Positions 52,801 to 64,000 of a DNA stretch of 64,000 nucleotides are shown here, piece by piece. Position 1 is the first letter of the stretch, and each line of letters starts with the position of its first letter. Below the pieces are notes generated by a model. It did not search any database. It was not told the origin of the DNA and saw only the letters and a list, made by a program, of their open reading frames with translations. The stretch is from Lama glama. Its lineage: Eukaryota. The position numbers were made by a program, and so were the translations under genes. The stretch is taken from the NCBI GenBank assembly GCA_028534125.1, contig CM052817.1, forward strand, positions 94,366,001 to 94,430,000, given 5' to 3'.

Positions 52801-55008
52801 TACGGTGTACCATAGGTGCTCATCATCTGAGTTCCAGTCAACATATTGGAGGAATTTCTTCTGGAAGTGAGTGAGTTTGTATTGCTGCACAGTCATTTCT
52901 AGGGTAGTTCCTGGAAACAGCTCTGGACTCTGCAGATCCACTGGTTGGACCTTGATGGTGAAGAAATGTTGGTTGGATAGATTGGGCGGATCATGGTCGT
53001 CCTGCACATGGAAAGTCATCTGGGTCATTACAGATTGAGGACTATGGAGTCCAAGATGGCGGTAGAAGAGTCTCCCTTCCATTATGTCTCGCTGAAGCCA
53101 CTCAGTCACCACTTTCTCATAAAGTCCTTCCTTTTCCACATAATACCAATCTTCATCTTCAGGGAACAGAGGTGGTTCAACCTGCCGCAGCAGCATCTCC
53201 CCCAGACACTCACTTGAGTGGGAGGAGCCTGAGGCTGGATCCCACCCTCTTCCTTCTTTTCTGTCCAAAAGATGGTCTTCCAGGACAAAGTGGATGGTTG
53301 AGTCCTCAGAGTCAATATCTGTAGCACTCAGGACAAAGGGGGAGATCTGGACCACCTGCCCTTCAGTCACTGAGAGCCCGGTGTTGGCACTGACCATCGG
53401 GGGTTCGTCATCAACAGGTATGACTGTGAGAGGGAAGAGGAACTCCACCTGGTGTTGCCCATCCTCCATTTGGAAGATGATGTTGTCACTGTAGGTGTTG
53501 CTGCCATCATGCTGGTAGACCACTCGCCCTGCTGCCAGGTCCACTGGTGTGAAGTGCTTGCACCCGGCAGGCGCCCCAGGCACCACTAGCTGCCCATGTC
53601 TCAAGCCCTTGACTGCGACCACTTTCACCTCTTCCAGGTTATCCTTATCACGGATCTGAAGGCTTTGGGCGCTGGACAGGGACTTTGACTGACCTTCAAA
53701 AAGCAGTAATCCCCGGGTATAGTTAGCCATTGGGGCCAAGGTGTTCATGGACTTCACTACCACCGTGAAGGCAAAAGGATCTGAGGTGGCGCCATCTCCG
53801 TCGACCACCTGCAGCTCCAGCTGGAAAAGACGCTCCCCATCCAATTTCTCTGTAGGTGGCTGATAAGCAATTTTCAGTTCCCGCAGCTCCCGTTGGGTGA
53901 AGAAGGAGACTGGAAGGCCCAGGGGGTCATCAGTGCTGACCATGTAGCCCAGGTGCCCCGGCGTGGTGGTGGGGGCATTAAGAATGTTGAAAATGAGGTC
54001 ATCAGCATCGGACTCCATGTCCTCGGCAGCCAGTGCGTCAGCCGTCAGGGCTGTCAGCACCAACTGATCGACTTCCATCATCATCAGGGCCGCGAGGCTC
54101 GGCCTGGGCGCAGTGTTCTCCACTCCCTCGAGGATGCTCACCAGCAGCTGGAAGTGTTCTCGGAGCAGCAACTCCCCTGACCTGAGCAGCTCTGCCACCA
54201 TGGGCACGTAGTCCCGGTTGGGCGAGGGCGTGGTGGCCGTGTGCTGATAGCGCACCCCAGCCCGGACAAAAGCCTCACAGTCTACGCTTTTGCCCCTGGG
54301 GAGAGGGGCCCCCACAGCGTCCACCAAACGCCCGTACTTCGGCAGGGGGCCGCTCTCGGGAGGAAGAGGGGTGAGCCGGCACCTGCGGGTGTCCGCAGGC
54401 CCTGACTCCGGGGAGGCAAAGTCTAGCACTCTCCTGTCGATGGCGTGGCTCCAGCCGCGCAGCGTCTCCACCGCCAAGGGCCTGTTGCGCGTCACCAGCT
54501 CCAGCTCGGGGAAGACCACGTCCACCGCCAGGGTGAAGGGCAGCGCCAGAGTGGAAGTCGGGGCGTCGTAGCGCAGCTGCAGCCGCACCCGGGCGCGCCG
54601 GGGACTGTGGGCGCCAAAGTGAGTGTACTGGACCTGGCGGGGCCCGAACGCGCAGGGGAAGCGGCGCGGGGACAGCGCGCCGTGGCACGGCGGCAGGGCG
54701 TCCAGCACCGTCACCTCGCAGTGGTCTCCCGGCTGCACTCGAATCACCAGGTCCCGGAGAGGATCGACCCAAAGCGAGCGGCCCACGGGCACCCGGAGCC
54801 CCGGGTTGGCGATCAGAACGCTGTGCCTGGGGCCGTCGGGGCTTCTGCGGCCCAGGGAGCCCCAGGTGGGCAGGTAGAGTGCCGGGTGGGGCTCAGCCCC
54901 AGGCGAGGATACCTGTCCTTGTAGCAGGGGGTAGTTCAGGAGCAGGTAGCCGAGCGCGGCAACAAGCTGCCGGGGCGTCCCAGCAGAGCGCAGAGAAATC
55001 CTAGCCAT
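49851..55008 (-). CDS. FREM3: FREM3 coding exon 1 (5158 nt): signal peptide, NV domain, most of the CSPG repeats
   Basis: Part of the 1791-aa ORF. First ATG at 55008 (ccc[28 protein letters not shown], hydrophobic signal-like). Recurrent CSPG motifs (EG..., D.DS/T, P.HG, FTQ.D/EL, Y.H, D.F.F.VSDG). Closely matches human FREM3 as I recall it. Donor CAAG|GTTAGT at 49851/49850. Confidence 0.96.
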
Positions 55009-55470
55009 GGGATCTAGGCGGTGGATGCCTGGAGGGTACCCCGTCCTCAGAGTGGCCCGCTCAGCGGCAGGTGCAGGCGGTGGCCGCTGTCCACTCTGGA
55101 GCGGATGAGCGGACTCGACAAGAGCCGGTGGCTGTGCTTCAGCTGTGGCAGGTAAAGGCGGGGAGGAGGGTGGGGTGGGGGAAGATGGGCTCCGCCACCT
55201 TCTGCTCCCTCCCCTTCCCAAATCTCTCCTCTGCTGGTGCGAGGGGCCGCCCAGAAATGCCCCAGCGTCCAGAGACCTGGGAGGGTGCAGGAGCTCTCCC
55301 CTCGGATCCTTGGGGCCTTTCCCGCAGCTATCTTACTGACCTTCTCGCTTGGAGGGTTGGTCGGCCATCGTGCAGCCCTAGGCTGCCTGCCTCGGACCAG
55401 TTGGTCTGGAAACTCTCCTCCCCGAGTGGCTCAACGGGACTGTCCCTCGGGGCTGGCTGACAGTACTGTA
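54000..55470. promoter_or_regulatory. CpG island / promoter region of FREM3 (boundaries approximate)
   Basis: Abrupt rise in GC and CpG density around the start codon in an otherwise CpG-depleted window. GC box (GGCGGGG) and GT/CACCC boxes (GGGTGGGG) at 55157-55181. Confidence 0.8.
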
Positions 55471-56661
55471 CCGGATCAGCTCTGTGCCTATGAGACACTG
55501 CATTCCCGTGGTCCATTCATCCAGGCATTGGTGCTTCTGATGGTGGGGGGAGCCATCATTCTGGCTTCCTTACGACCGACAAGAGCGCATTTTCTAGCCA
55601 AGACTGAGTCGCACTTCGGACATAAAAGAAGCTAGTGGGAGCTATTTTGCAAATAGGATTTTCTAGCTGTCTGCCTGATAAAGCAGCTTATTCCGGATCC
55701 TGCAATTCAGTGCTTCCAAAATCACCCCGGCATTTCTCTTCTGCTCAGTTTTTGGGAAAAGCTCTAGCATCGAGCCTGATAAACTTGAATAGCTTCTAAT
55801 TTGTGTCTAGTCAGTGGGTCTCAGGTACCACAAATCGAGTGGGCAGGTCAGCTTCCCTTTTATTTTCTTAGAACCTAGTTTCCATATCTGATCAACAACA
55901 ATTGCCTGTGAGTTGATTAGATAAGCTATTTCCTAATTACTTCCTTTGTAGAAAAATATGTAGTAGCCAGAGGGGAAGATGTCAAGAGAGACAGTAGCAG
56001 AGAAAATACCACAGATCTTTGGATCAATTTCTGTGAATTAATCTATTTAACACTTGGAATGGAATTTGGCTCTTCACGGCTTTCAGTTGAAGATGACTGC
56101 CCCCCGTGGTGTGGTGTCAGGTACTTAGCCTCATACTCATTTTTTAAGTATTAGAGGTGTCCATGTAGCCACAGTGCAGAGTAATCGTTTCCTATAAGTG
56201 AAATGATAGTTAACGTGCTTTCTTACGCAATTAATGTGAAAGTGAGAAAAACCTACTAATGACAGTAAAAAACAGATGCATCCCAAACTGCATTAATAAA
56301 AATGGCTTCAAGGGGAATATAAATCAGTAGACTGTCATCCTTAAATTATTCTTTTGATTTTTTTTTACAGCGTTGCAGATGCCTATTTTATTCACAGCAG
56401 CAGCAGTAACTGACTACCAGAGCAGAAATAATCTTCTAGTGGCTTGCCAGAGTTAATTTTCTCCCTAAATATTTAATTTAACCAGCCAGTGAAATACTGT
56501 GGGTCTGTATAATCCACTAAAGTAGAATGCAGGTATACCTCATGAACATGCAGATTTGTTCATATAACAGAATATTCAGTAAATTTGAAACTATATATAT
56601 TTAGCTTAATTATGCAATGCTACTCTGGTGTGTCTGGAAAGTATTAAAAATATTTTTACAA

Positions 56662-57180
56662 CTGTGAGTCTGTTTCTGTTTTGTAAATAAGTTCATCTGT
56701 ATCTTTTTTTTTTTTCCAGATTCCACAAATAAGTGGTATCATATATTGGTCTTTGACTGACTTCACTTAGTATGATCATCTCTAGGTCCATCCATGTTGC
56801 TGCAAATGACATTATTTCACTTTTTATAGCTTAGTATTCCATTGTGTGTATGTGTACATACACATATATATGTATATATACACACCACATCTTTATCCAT
56901 TCATCTGTCAATTGACATTTTGGTAAACAAACTTGTGGTTACCAGAGAGGAAGGAGTGGGAAGGGCTAAATTAGGAGTTTGGGATTAGCAGATATAAACT
57001 ACTACATATAAAATAAACAACAAGGTACTACTGTATAGCATAGGGAATTACATTCAATATCCTGTAATAACCTATAATGAAAAAGAATATATATGTATAA
57101 CTGAATCACTATACTGTACATCAGAAACACAACATTGTAACTCAACTATATAATTCAATTAAAAATAAATAAATATATAT
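56662..57180. mobile_element. 5'-inverted (twin-primed) L1: minus segment 56662-56924, plus segment 56925-57180
   Basis: Orientation flips at 56924/56925. The two parts are near-adjacent in the intact L1 at 60111-60409. Flanking atattttta at 56650-56658 and 57181-57189. Confidence 0.85.
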
Positions 57181-57589
57181 ATATTTTTAATTGAAACACA
57201 GGTAAAATTCCATTGTAAATGAAAGAGGCATTCTATTTTATAAGGCTCCTGCCTTGTCCAAGGATATTTTCATAATAAAACTTACTGGGCTGCATATATT
57301 AAATTTTACCAAGTGAATGTTCTTGTGTGAGTGTAATTTTGGTTCCTGTCCAAGCACCACTCACTCTGGCAATTATCCTGTCATGTGCTATTTTCATTGT
57401 AGGCAGAGAAGGGGTGGGCAGCTAGGATGACAGAAAGCTAAATAAACTGTTTATATTTTTGCCCTCTGACCCTCCGCCTCCAGCTAACTCCCTCTCCTCT
57501 TCTTCACCATCAGGCTTCTTAAAAGTGGTGTTTTGTTGCTGCTGTTCTTTCTTTCTTTCCCATTTTTTCCCTCGTAACAACGAAGTGTA

Positions 57590-58560
57590 GTTTTATTGAA
57601 GTACAGTTAGTTACAGTGTGTCAGTTTCTGGTGTACAGCACAATGTCCCAATCATGCATATGCATACATATATTTGTCTTCATATTCTTTTTCATTAAAG
57701 GTTATTACAAGATATTAACTATAGTTCCTTGTGCTATACAGAAGAAACTTTAAAAAAAATCTGTTTTATTTTTAACATTTTTTATTGATTTATAATCATT
57801 TTACAATGTTGTGTCAAATTCCAGTCTTCAGCACAATTTTTCAGTCATTCATGGAAAAAAAATCTGTTTTATATATAGTGGCTAACACTTGCAAATCTCA
57901 AACTCCCTAATTCATCCCTTCCCACCTCCTTTCCCCTGGTAAACATAAGATTGTTTACTACATCTGAGAGTCTGTTTCTGTTTTGTAGGTGAGTTCATTA
58001 AAGACCTCTTTTATTCTTTTCTTTTCTTTTTTTTTTTTAGATTCCACATATGAATGATGTCATATGGCATTTTGTTTTCTCTTCCTGTCTTACTTCACTT
58101 AGAATGATGATCTCTAGGTCCACCCAAGTTACTGCAAATGGCATTATTTTATTCTTTTTTATGGCTGAGTAGTATTCCATTGTATAAATATACTACAGCT
58201 TCTTTATCCAGTTGTCTGTTGACATTTAGGTTGCTTCCATGTATTGGCTATTGTATATACAGCTGCCATGAACACTGGGGTACATGTATCTTTTTAGGAT
58301 TAGAGTTTTCTCTGGATATATGCCCAGGAGTGGGATTGCTGGACCATATTGTAACTCTATTTTTAGTTCTTAAGGAAACCTCCATACTGTTCTCCATAGT
58401 GGCTTAATCAATTTACATTCCCACTAACAGTGTAGGAGAGTTTCCTTTTCTCCACACCTTCTCCAGCATTTATCATTCACGGACTCTTGAATGATGGCCA
58501 TTCTGACTGGTTGAGGTGATACCTCATTGTAGTTTTGATTTGCATTTCACTGATAATTTG
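57590..58560 (-). mobile_element. L1 3' fragment carrying a nested 85-bp insertion
   Basis: Reverse-complement ORF2 end and 3'UTR motifs. Confidence 0.9.
57770..57854 (-). mobile_element. 85-bp L1 3'-end insertion with perfect 18-bp TSD
   Basis: TSD aaaaaaaatctgttttat at 57752-57769 and 57855-57872. Confidence 0.85.
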
Positions 58561-59419
58561 TTGCTACTTTTCTTGTGTTTTGTTTGTTTTTGCTTACTAT
58601 CTCCATTTCTTAACCTCCTTCCAACTCCCTCTTAGACGTTCCAGTCCTACTTCCACTTTAGACTCTTCAACAAAACTCTTGCTAAGGTCATTAGTAATGT
58701 CTAGGTGGAAAAATCCTGAGACTGTTTTTGGTATCGTTCATTTGCCACACTCTTCTGGTTTTCCTCTTTCCTCTCAGTTCAAATCCTGCATCTTCAGGAA
58801 GCTCTTTTCCTATGCTCCCCAAGCCATATTAAATCTGTTTGCAATTATACACTTTCACGGACAACTTAAGGTCTGTTGCCCCTCCCCTCCACTAGACTTC
58901 AAGCTCCATGAGAGCAGGGAGTGTGCGATGTTCATCCCTGGTAGCTGATGCTCATGGCACAGAGCAGGTAAATAATAACTGTTCATTCAATGAATGAATC
59001 AAAGAATGAAAGAGCAGAGGAATTAGTAACTGACATACTATAACATCGAGGTGCTATGTAAAAAAAAACCAGGGCAGATGTAGGTTAACCTCCTTCTCCC
59101 ATTCTCAGACTATGACAACTCATTAGAGGCTGGTGACAGCTCCATTGAGAGAACACAATTTGATTTCTAGCCAAATATTTATTTTATTAGAGTTTCCCTT
59201 CCACAGGGCAATCTTACTTATCCATATTGTATTTCTTTTATCTCTCACCATCCTCAGTTTATCCTTTAAACCTGAGCTGCATTTCAAGTCTATCATTAAG
59301 TGGGAAAGAAAGGAGCTACAAACTATGTGCTATCCTGGAGGTTTTCATATGCCCTGCATCATTGGACCCTTGTGAAACCCTGCAAGGTGGCAATGTGTCT
59401 TATTTCTAGTTTATATATA

Positions 59420-59530
59420 ATAATAGATCCTATCTTACAGAGCCATTATAAGAATTAAATAGATTACTGCACATAAAAGGCTCTGAACAGAACCTGGCAC
59501 ACAGTAAGTGTTCAATAAATGTAAGTTATT
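59420..59530 (+). mobile_element. MIR 3' fragment
   Basis: gaattaaat...gaacagaacctggcacacagtaagtgttcaataaatgt. Confidence 0.7.
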
Positions 59531-60110
59531 GTTACAATTATAGATGGGAAATGGAGATTTACAGGTCTTAAGTAGAAAAATTTTACTTTGTAAATTAATT
59601 CAACTATCACTGAAAGTGTGTCCTACAGAGGAGTCCTCACATGCCCCTGGGGACTTGCCCACTCCATAAATAATTGGGTCTGCCTTGCAGTTCATAAGTG
59701 GCATTTAATAGGTCACAGAAAGGAGACTATGTGTCCAAATACTGTGCTTGTGCTTCGGCAGAGAGACAGTCCGTTTTCAGTGAAACATGTCCAACTTCAG
59801 GAGACATGACTGAGATCAGGTGGGAGGTTTTGCCTCATGAACTAGGAAGTTCTACACCAGTATCTCTGCTACCCGGCAAGGCTAAGGAGACCAGCTATTC
59901 AACCTGACCTTGGCTTAAGCTATTTTTTTTTTCTCTGCCAACTGGAGAAATAAAAGAGCAACTAAACTCTAAATTTTGCAAGATAAATGCCTTGAATTGA
60001 ATTGCTGACAAACATCTCACATTACAATACTGACAAAAAACCTACAGAGGCTTTATTTCAGTTGGCTTTGGGATCAGCAATGAACTCTTGACATTAAAGA
60101 ACAAGTTCCA

Positions 60111-60409
60111 TTATTTACAAAACAGAAACAGACTCACAGACATAGAAAACAAACTTATGGTTACCAGGAGGGGGGAAATGGGGGCAGAGGGAAGGGATAA
60201 ATTGGGAGTTCAGGATTTGCAGATACTAACTACTATATATAAAATAGATAAACAGCAAGTTTCTACTGTATAGTACAGGGAACTATATTCAATATCTTAT
60301 AGTAACTTATAATGAAAAAGAATATGAAAAGGAATATATGTATGACTAAACTATTATGCTGCACACCAGAAATTGACACATTATAAACTGACTACTTTAA
60401 TTAAAAAAA
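60111..60409 (+). mobile_element. Short L1 3' end with 15-bp TSD (one mismatch)
   Basis: TSD aaagaacaagttcca (60096-60110) / aaagaacatgttcca (60410-60424). Confidence 0.9.
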
Positions 60410-61754
60410 AAAGAACATGTTCCAGAAAGGCTACAAGTTGGGGGAAAAAAAAGCACACTCAATAATCCCCTCCCTCCAAAAAAGACATTAAGAAATGGCA
60501 TCCATTGGCCGTGTAGATCATTTGTCATTTGTCAGGACAACAGCTTCAAGAGAAGTGAGTTAAAGCACATCAGCCTGTCAGTGGCTGAGCCAGCTTTGCC
60601 CCATTACACATGGAATCAGTGGGCACCTATATCTCCTATTGTCCCTTCCAGCCAAGGAATGCAGTGGCCATAGTTCCATCTCAATGACCGTATCCCAGGA
60701 GCATGTCTTCCTTTGTGTAGATCTGAATAAGGATCTCCATGCCCTGCAGGACGGGCACTGAGAAGTGGGCAAGGAGATCATGAATAGGAGTAGCCACACA
60801 GTTTGTATCAAATATATGATGTTGCACTCATGAGCTTCTAAAACTCTCCCAACAAATCCTTCTAGTTATCCTGTTAATGTAAAGGTCATGGTTACAGTCA
60901 GCACATTTGAGAACTGAGTGGTCTACAGAAGGAGACAGAAGGGAGAATCAGATTATTTTCCTGCTCTTTTGAGAGTCTAACGGACACCAGGATGAGAGCA
61001 GGTGGCCCTGGCTCACTCCTGCCAGAGAGAGCTGCCCTTTAGACTGATGGGTGTGTCACCCTGACTCGCAGGGCTCCTGAGTGGGCTGTGGCTGGGCAGC
61101 AAGGAGTCAAAGTCAGGGAGCCCGTGGAAGGTAAGAGAGGAAGGGTCTCTTCTGCTCTGTACCAGGACAAAGAGCTGATTCAAATGCCCTCATTCCTGGT
61201 CGAAAATAAAACCTTCAAAATCCAAAGCACTGATTTGCCATATGATCACTGATCATTGTACTTTAAACCATACAACATATAAAAGAATTGTTTTTACTTC
61301 AAAGGAAGGCAGTAAGAACACATGTTAAAAAAAAGAATCAAGGGTAAAAAACTGTTTCTGATCTCCTTGATGTTCATTGCTCACTGGTAGTATATGTAGG
61401 TACCATGTCTATTTAGCAGAGATTTCCTTTCGAGTAGTTTCAAATTTTAGGAGCCAAAGCTCAAATAATGATGAATATTGATAATATTTAATTGGTAGTG
61501 TTTTTGCAGAAATCTTAGTTGAATCTGATGTCAAAATGACTTAAAGAGGACACCATTTTATTCATTATTTGGGTTTTTCATTAACTTATTTTGAATGAGT
61601 TAATAGAAAGTCTAGCTTTTAAGCACAGTCTTATTTGTCTACAAGTTTTATCTGATGAGGAATTATTTTTAATAAATCACATTTTCTCTTTTAATTATTG
61701 ATCTGAAATGTAGAGCTCAGCCAAGTCCTGAAAATAATGTTAGTATATTTATCA

Positions 61755-61920
61755 CAACCAATCAGAGAATCGAGCACAAGCTGACCATGCACCCTAAGAC
61801 CCTATCCTTCACACTGTCCTTAAAAACCGTCCCTGAAAGTCACAGAAGAGTTCGTGTCTTTTGAGTGTGAGCTGCCTATTCTCCTTGTTTGATGTCTTCC
61901 AATTAATGCTGTACTTATGC
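61755..61920 (+). mobile_element. LTR fragment (ERV1-like)
   Basis: ccaatcag, TATA-like ccttaaaaacc, and R-like text tcttttgagtgtgagctgcc.ttctccttg. Confidence 0.45.
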
Positions 61921-62068
61921 AATATGCATTTTCCTCAGATTGGACCAAAAACTAGTGTAACTTGCCCATTTAAGCTGACTCAGGGATAAAAATGGAGAGG
62001 ATTTCATATAAACATGACTTTGCTAATTGATCTGTTGGTTTTGCAATGTCATTCAGAATCACTCCAAG

Positions 62069-62527
62069 TGTTACTGAAATCAAATTAGTACGCCTGACAT
62101 ATAGGAAGCCAAAAGAACCAACCAAACAAAATCTCGAAATGTCATAGATTGAAGCAGAGAAAGGTTTATTGCTAGCTTAGCAAGAACAGGTGACTCATGC
62201 CCCCTAAACCCTGAACTCCTCAAAGGGTTTCAGCTGAGCAGTTTTAAAGGTCATTTGAGGGAGGGGCATCTCAGGGCATGAGATCAGCTGTGCAAATTCT
62301 GATTGGTTGATGGTGATCAATCCTTACCACCAGATCATATCGGGGCTACATGCTCACGATCATCAAGTAGTTAATTTCTTCCATTTGGTGGTGGTTTCTT
62401 AGTATCTGAGAAACTCAGGAAATATGCATGAGATACTATCATCAGGGTACTTCAGGGAGGTGCTACAGCAGAGGATGTGGGGGAGGGGTCTTCTCAGGAA
62501 GGCTCTATAGGGTCCTACTGGGTTACA
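62069..62527 (-). mobile_element. 3' LTR of an ERV1-type provirus
   Basis: Minus strand reads TGTAAC...GTAACA and is directly preceded by a polypurine tract AAAGAAAGGGGGGAGC (62543-62528). Minus-strand CCAAT (~62303) and AATAAA (62170-62165). Confidence 0.8.
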
Positions 62528-64000
62528 GCTCCCCCCTTTCTTTGATACTCCTCAAGCTTAAGAACACGTATTGGACAAGAAGGAGGATAATATTCTGGAT
62601 AGAGGTTAATCATCAACTTGGCAGAGGAACTCAGTTTCAATTGCCAATCCTGTTTCATCGCTCCCAAAATCTTTCAGGGAATGGGGAGATGACCACTCTG
62701 ACTCCTTCCTGCTGAAACGGGGCACAGTCCTACTTTGATTGAGGGAATGGAATCAGATTTGGAAATAGTCCCAAGTTCCAAGTCCTGGATCCAAGTCTTG
62801 TATGATTAAGATCTCATTCCCTGAGGAATTCAAGAGAATTAAAACCTGAAAACCAGTCTGGACCTGGCACTTTAGGGGAGACTTGTAGCCAGTTGTCTAC
62901 TTTTATCTGAGTAGGTTTTAACTTTGGATGTGGTGTTAACATATGCATATGAGCTTCTGGCCACCACATATTTCTTTTTTCTCCTAATGTCTAAAGCAAT
63001 TTTATTGTCTAAAAATTTAATAGTTACCAGAGGATACCCTGAGGTCATAAGTTTGCAGCTGCCATCTGCCAGGGGACAATGCTTTGAGAATGGCTGGTGG
63101 CATCTCAGGTATGACACAGCTAAGAAAATTCAAGCTGTCAACAACTCAGGAATGTGTCTGAAATCATGTTCACAATGGCTACCTAGTTTTACCTTGGATG
63201 TCTGAACCACAGCTACTCCATTTTGACTTTTAAATGCATTCCCCTCTTCAAGGCCAAAGCAGATGTACAATGCATGTCCAAAGGGCCAGAAAACAGGCTA
63301 CTTGGTGGTCAGTTAAGTTTAAGTCAAACCATGCATAAGCCAGAATGACTATTTCCCGTAACTTGATATGTGCAGATTCCCCCATCATTTCCCACTTTGA
63401 TTACAAATCTTTCAGTAGAAAGCATTGATGATCAAAATATCTGTCCATTGATGCTGAGGTGATAGCTCCTGCCCCAGGTTTAGATCATGTATCTTGGTCT
63501 TAGGCCTCCTCTATATTTGCCTAATTGTCCATATTAGGGGAAATCTAGTCAGATATCATGAAAAGGCTCAGAGGTACTTTAATGGGGAGACACTATATAG
63601 GCCATACATTTTATCACTTATACCCAGTTGTTACAAAAGCACCATACATGTGCTTTTAGCAGTAGACTTAGAGCAAGCATTGTTATACATCATGAGTAGT
63701 TATACAGTGACAACTCCATTAGAGAATTCTTTCTTTCTTTTTTTAAATTGAAGTACAGTCAGTTACAATGTGTCAGTTTCTGGTGTACAGCACAATGTCC
63801 CAGTCATGCATATACATACATATATTCATTTTCATAGAGAATTCTCTTTCTATCCTAAACATCAGGGGCAGTATCAATAGAAACATCCGGCAAGAAGTTC
63901 AATTAGAAAACAGAATAAAAGCCCGTCATACTTCAAACACTCAAAATATTATAACCATATTCATCAGTTCACTCAATCCTATGCAATCAATCTTTTTAAC
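62528..64000 (-). mobile_element. Degenerate ERV internal sequence running off the window
   Basis: Abuts the PPT and LTR; no intact ORF. Confidence 0.6.
63731..63834 (-). mobile_element. ~100-bp L1 3' end inserted in the ERV internal region
   Basis: TSD tagagaattct at 63720-63730 and 63835-63845; same 3' text as 57590-57690. Confidence 0.85.

Noticed and set aside
50083..54924. Antisense and alternate-frame ORFs over exon 1 (up to 186 aa)
   Set aside because: Shadow ORFs of a GC-rich coding exon, with no recognisable domains.
55009..55221. 71-codon N-terminal extension of the big ORF
   Set aside because: Starts at TTG, is Pro-rich GC sequence where stops are rare, and would bury the signal peptide. 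The ATG at 55008 matches the known FREM3 N-terminus.
59744..59761. Resemblance to the U6 snRNA 5' end (gtgcttgtgcttcggcag)
   Set aside because: Too short and gapped; the similarity does not continue.
1..64000. CRISPR arrays, operons or other prokaryotic systems
   Set aside because: The sequence is mammalian intron/exon DNA; no regularly spaced repeat-spacer array or bacterial-like segment was seen.

Overview
Mammalian genomic DNA, probably camelid judging from a recurrent tRNA-derived SINE resembling Vic-1. It holds the 5' part of FREM3 (FRAS1-related extracellular matrix protein 3) on the minus strand. Six coding exons can be assembled from GT-AG sites: 55008-49851, 48375-48286, 20505-20359, 15802-15572, 12941-12816 (absent from the ORF track) and 3901-3650. 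Together they give 6004 nt (2001 codons + 1 nt) with no stop or frameshift, encoding a signal peptide, NV domain, CSPG repeats and two Calx-beta domains. I found no further exon within 1-3649, so the 3' exons presumably lie left of the window. A CpG island with a G-quadruplex/GC-box motif covers the start. The rest is intron and upstream DNA rich in L1 fragments, SINEs, MIRs, ERV/MaLR LTRs and DNA transposon relics, with a 500-N assembly gap in intron 2. Repeat family names are from recalled consensus sequences, not a database search. I found no convincing new biological system. The best leads are nested and atypical retrotransposition events, a provirus LTR pointing at the FREM3 promoter, motif-breaking substitutions in the FREM3 repeats, a helically phased TGTCA cluster, and a weak nucleoprotein-like reading frame that is more probably an LTR.
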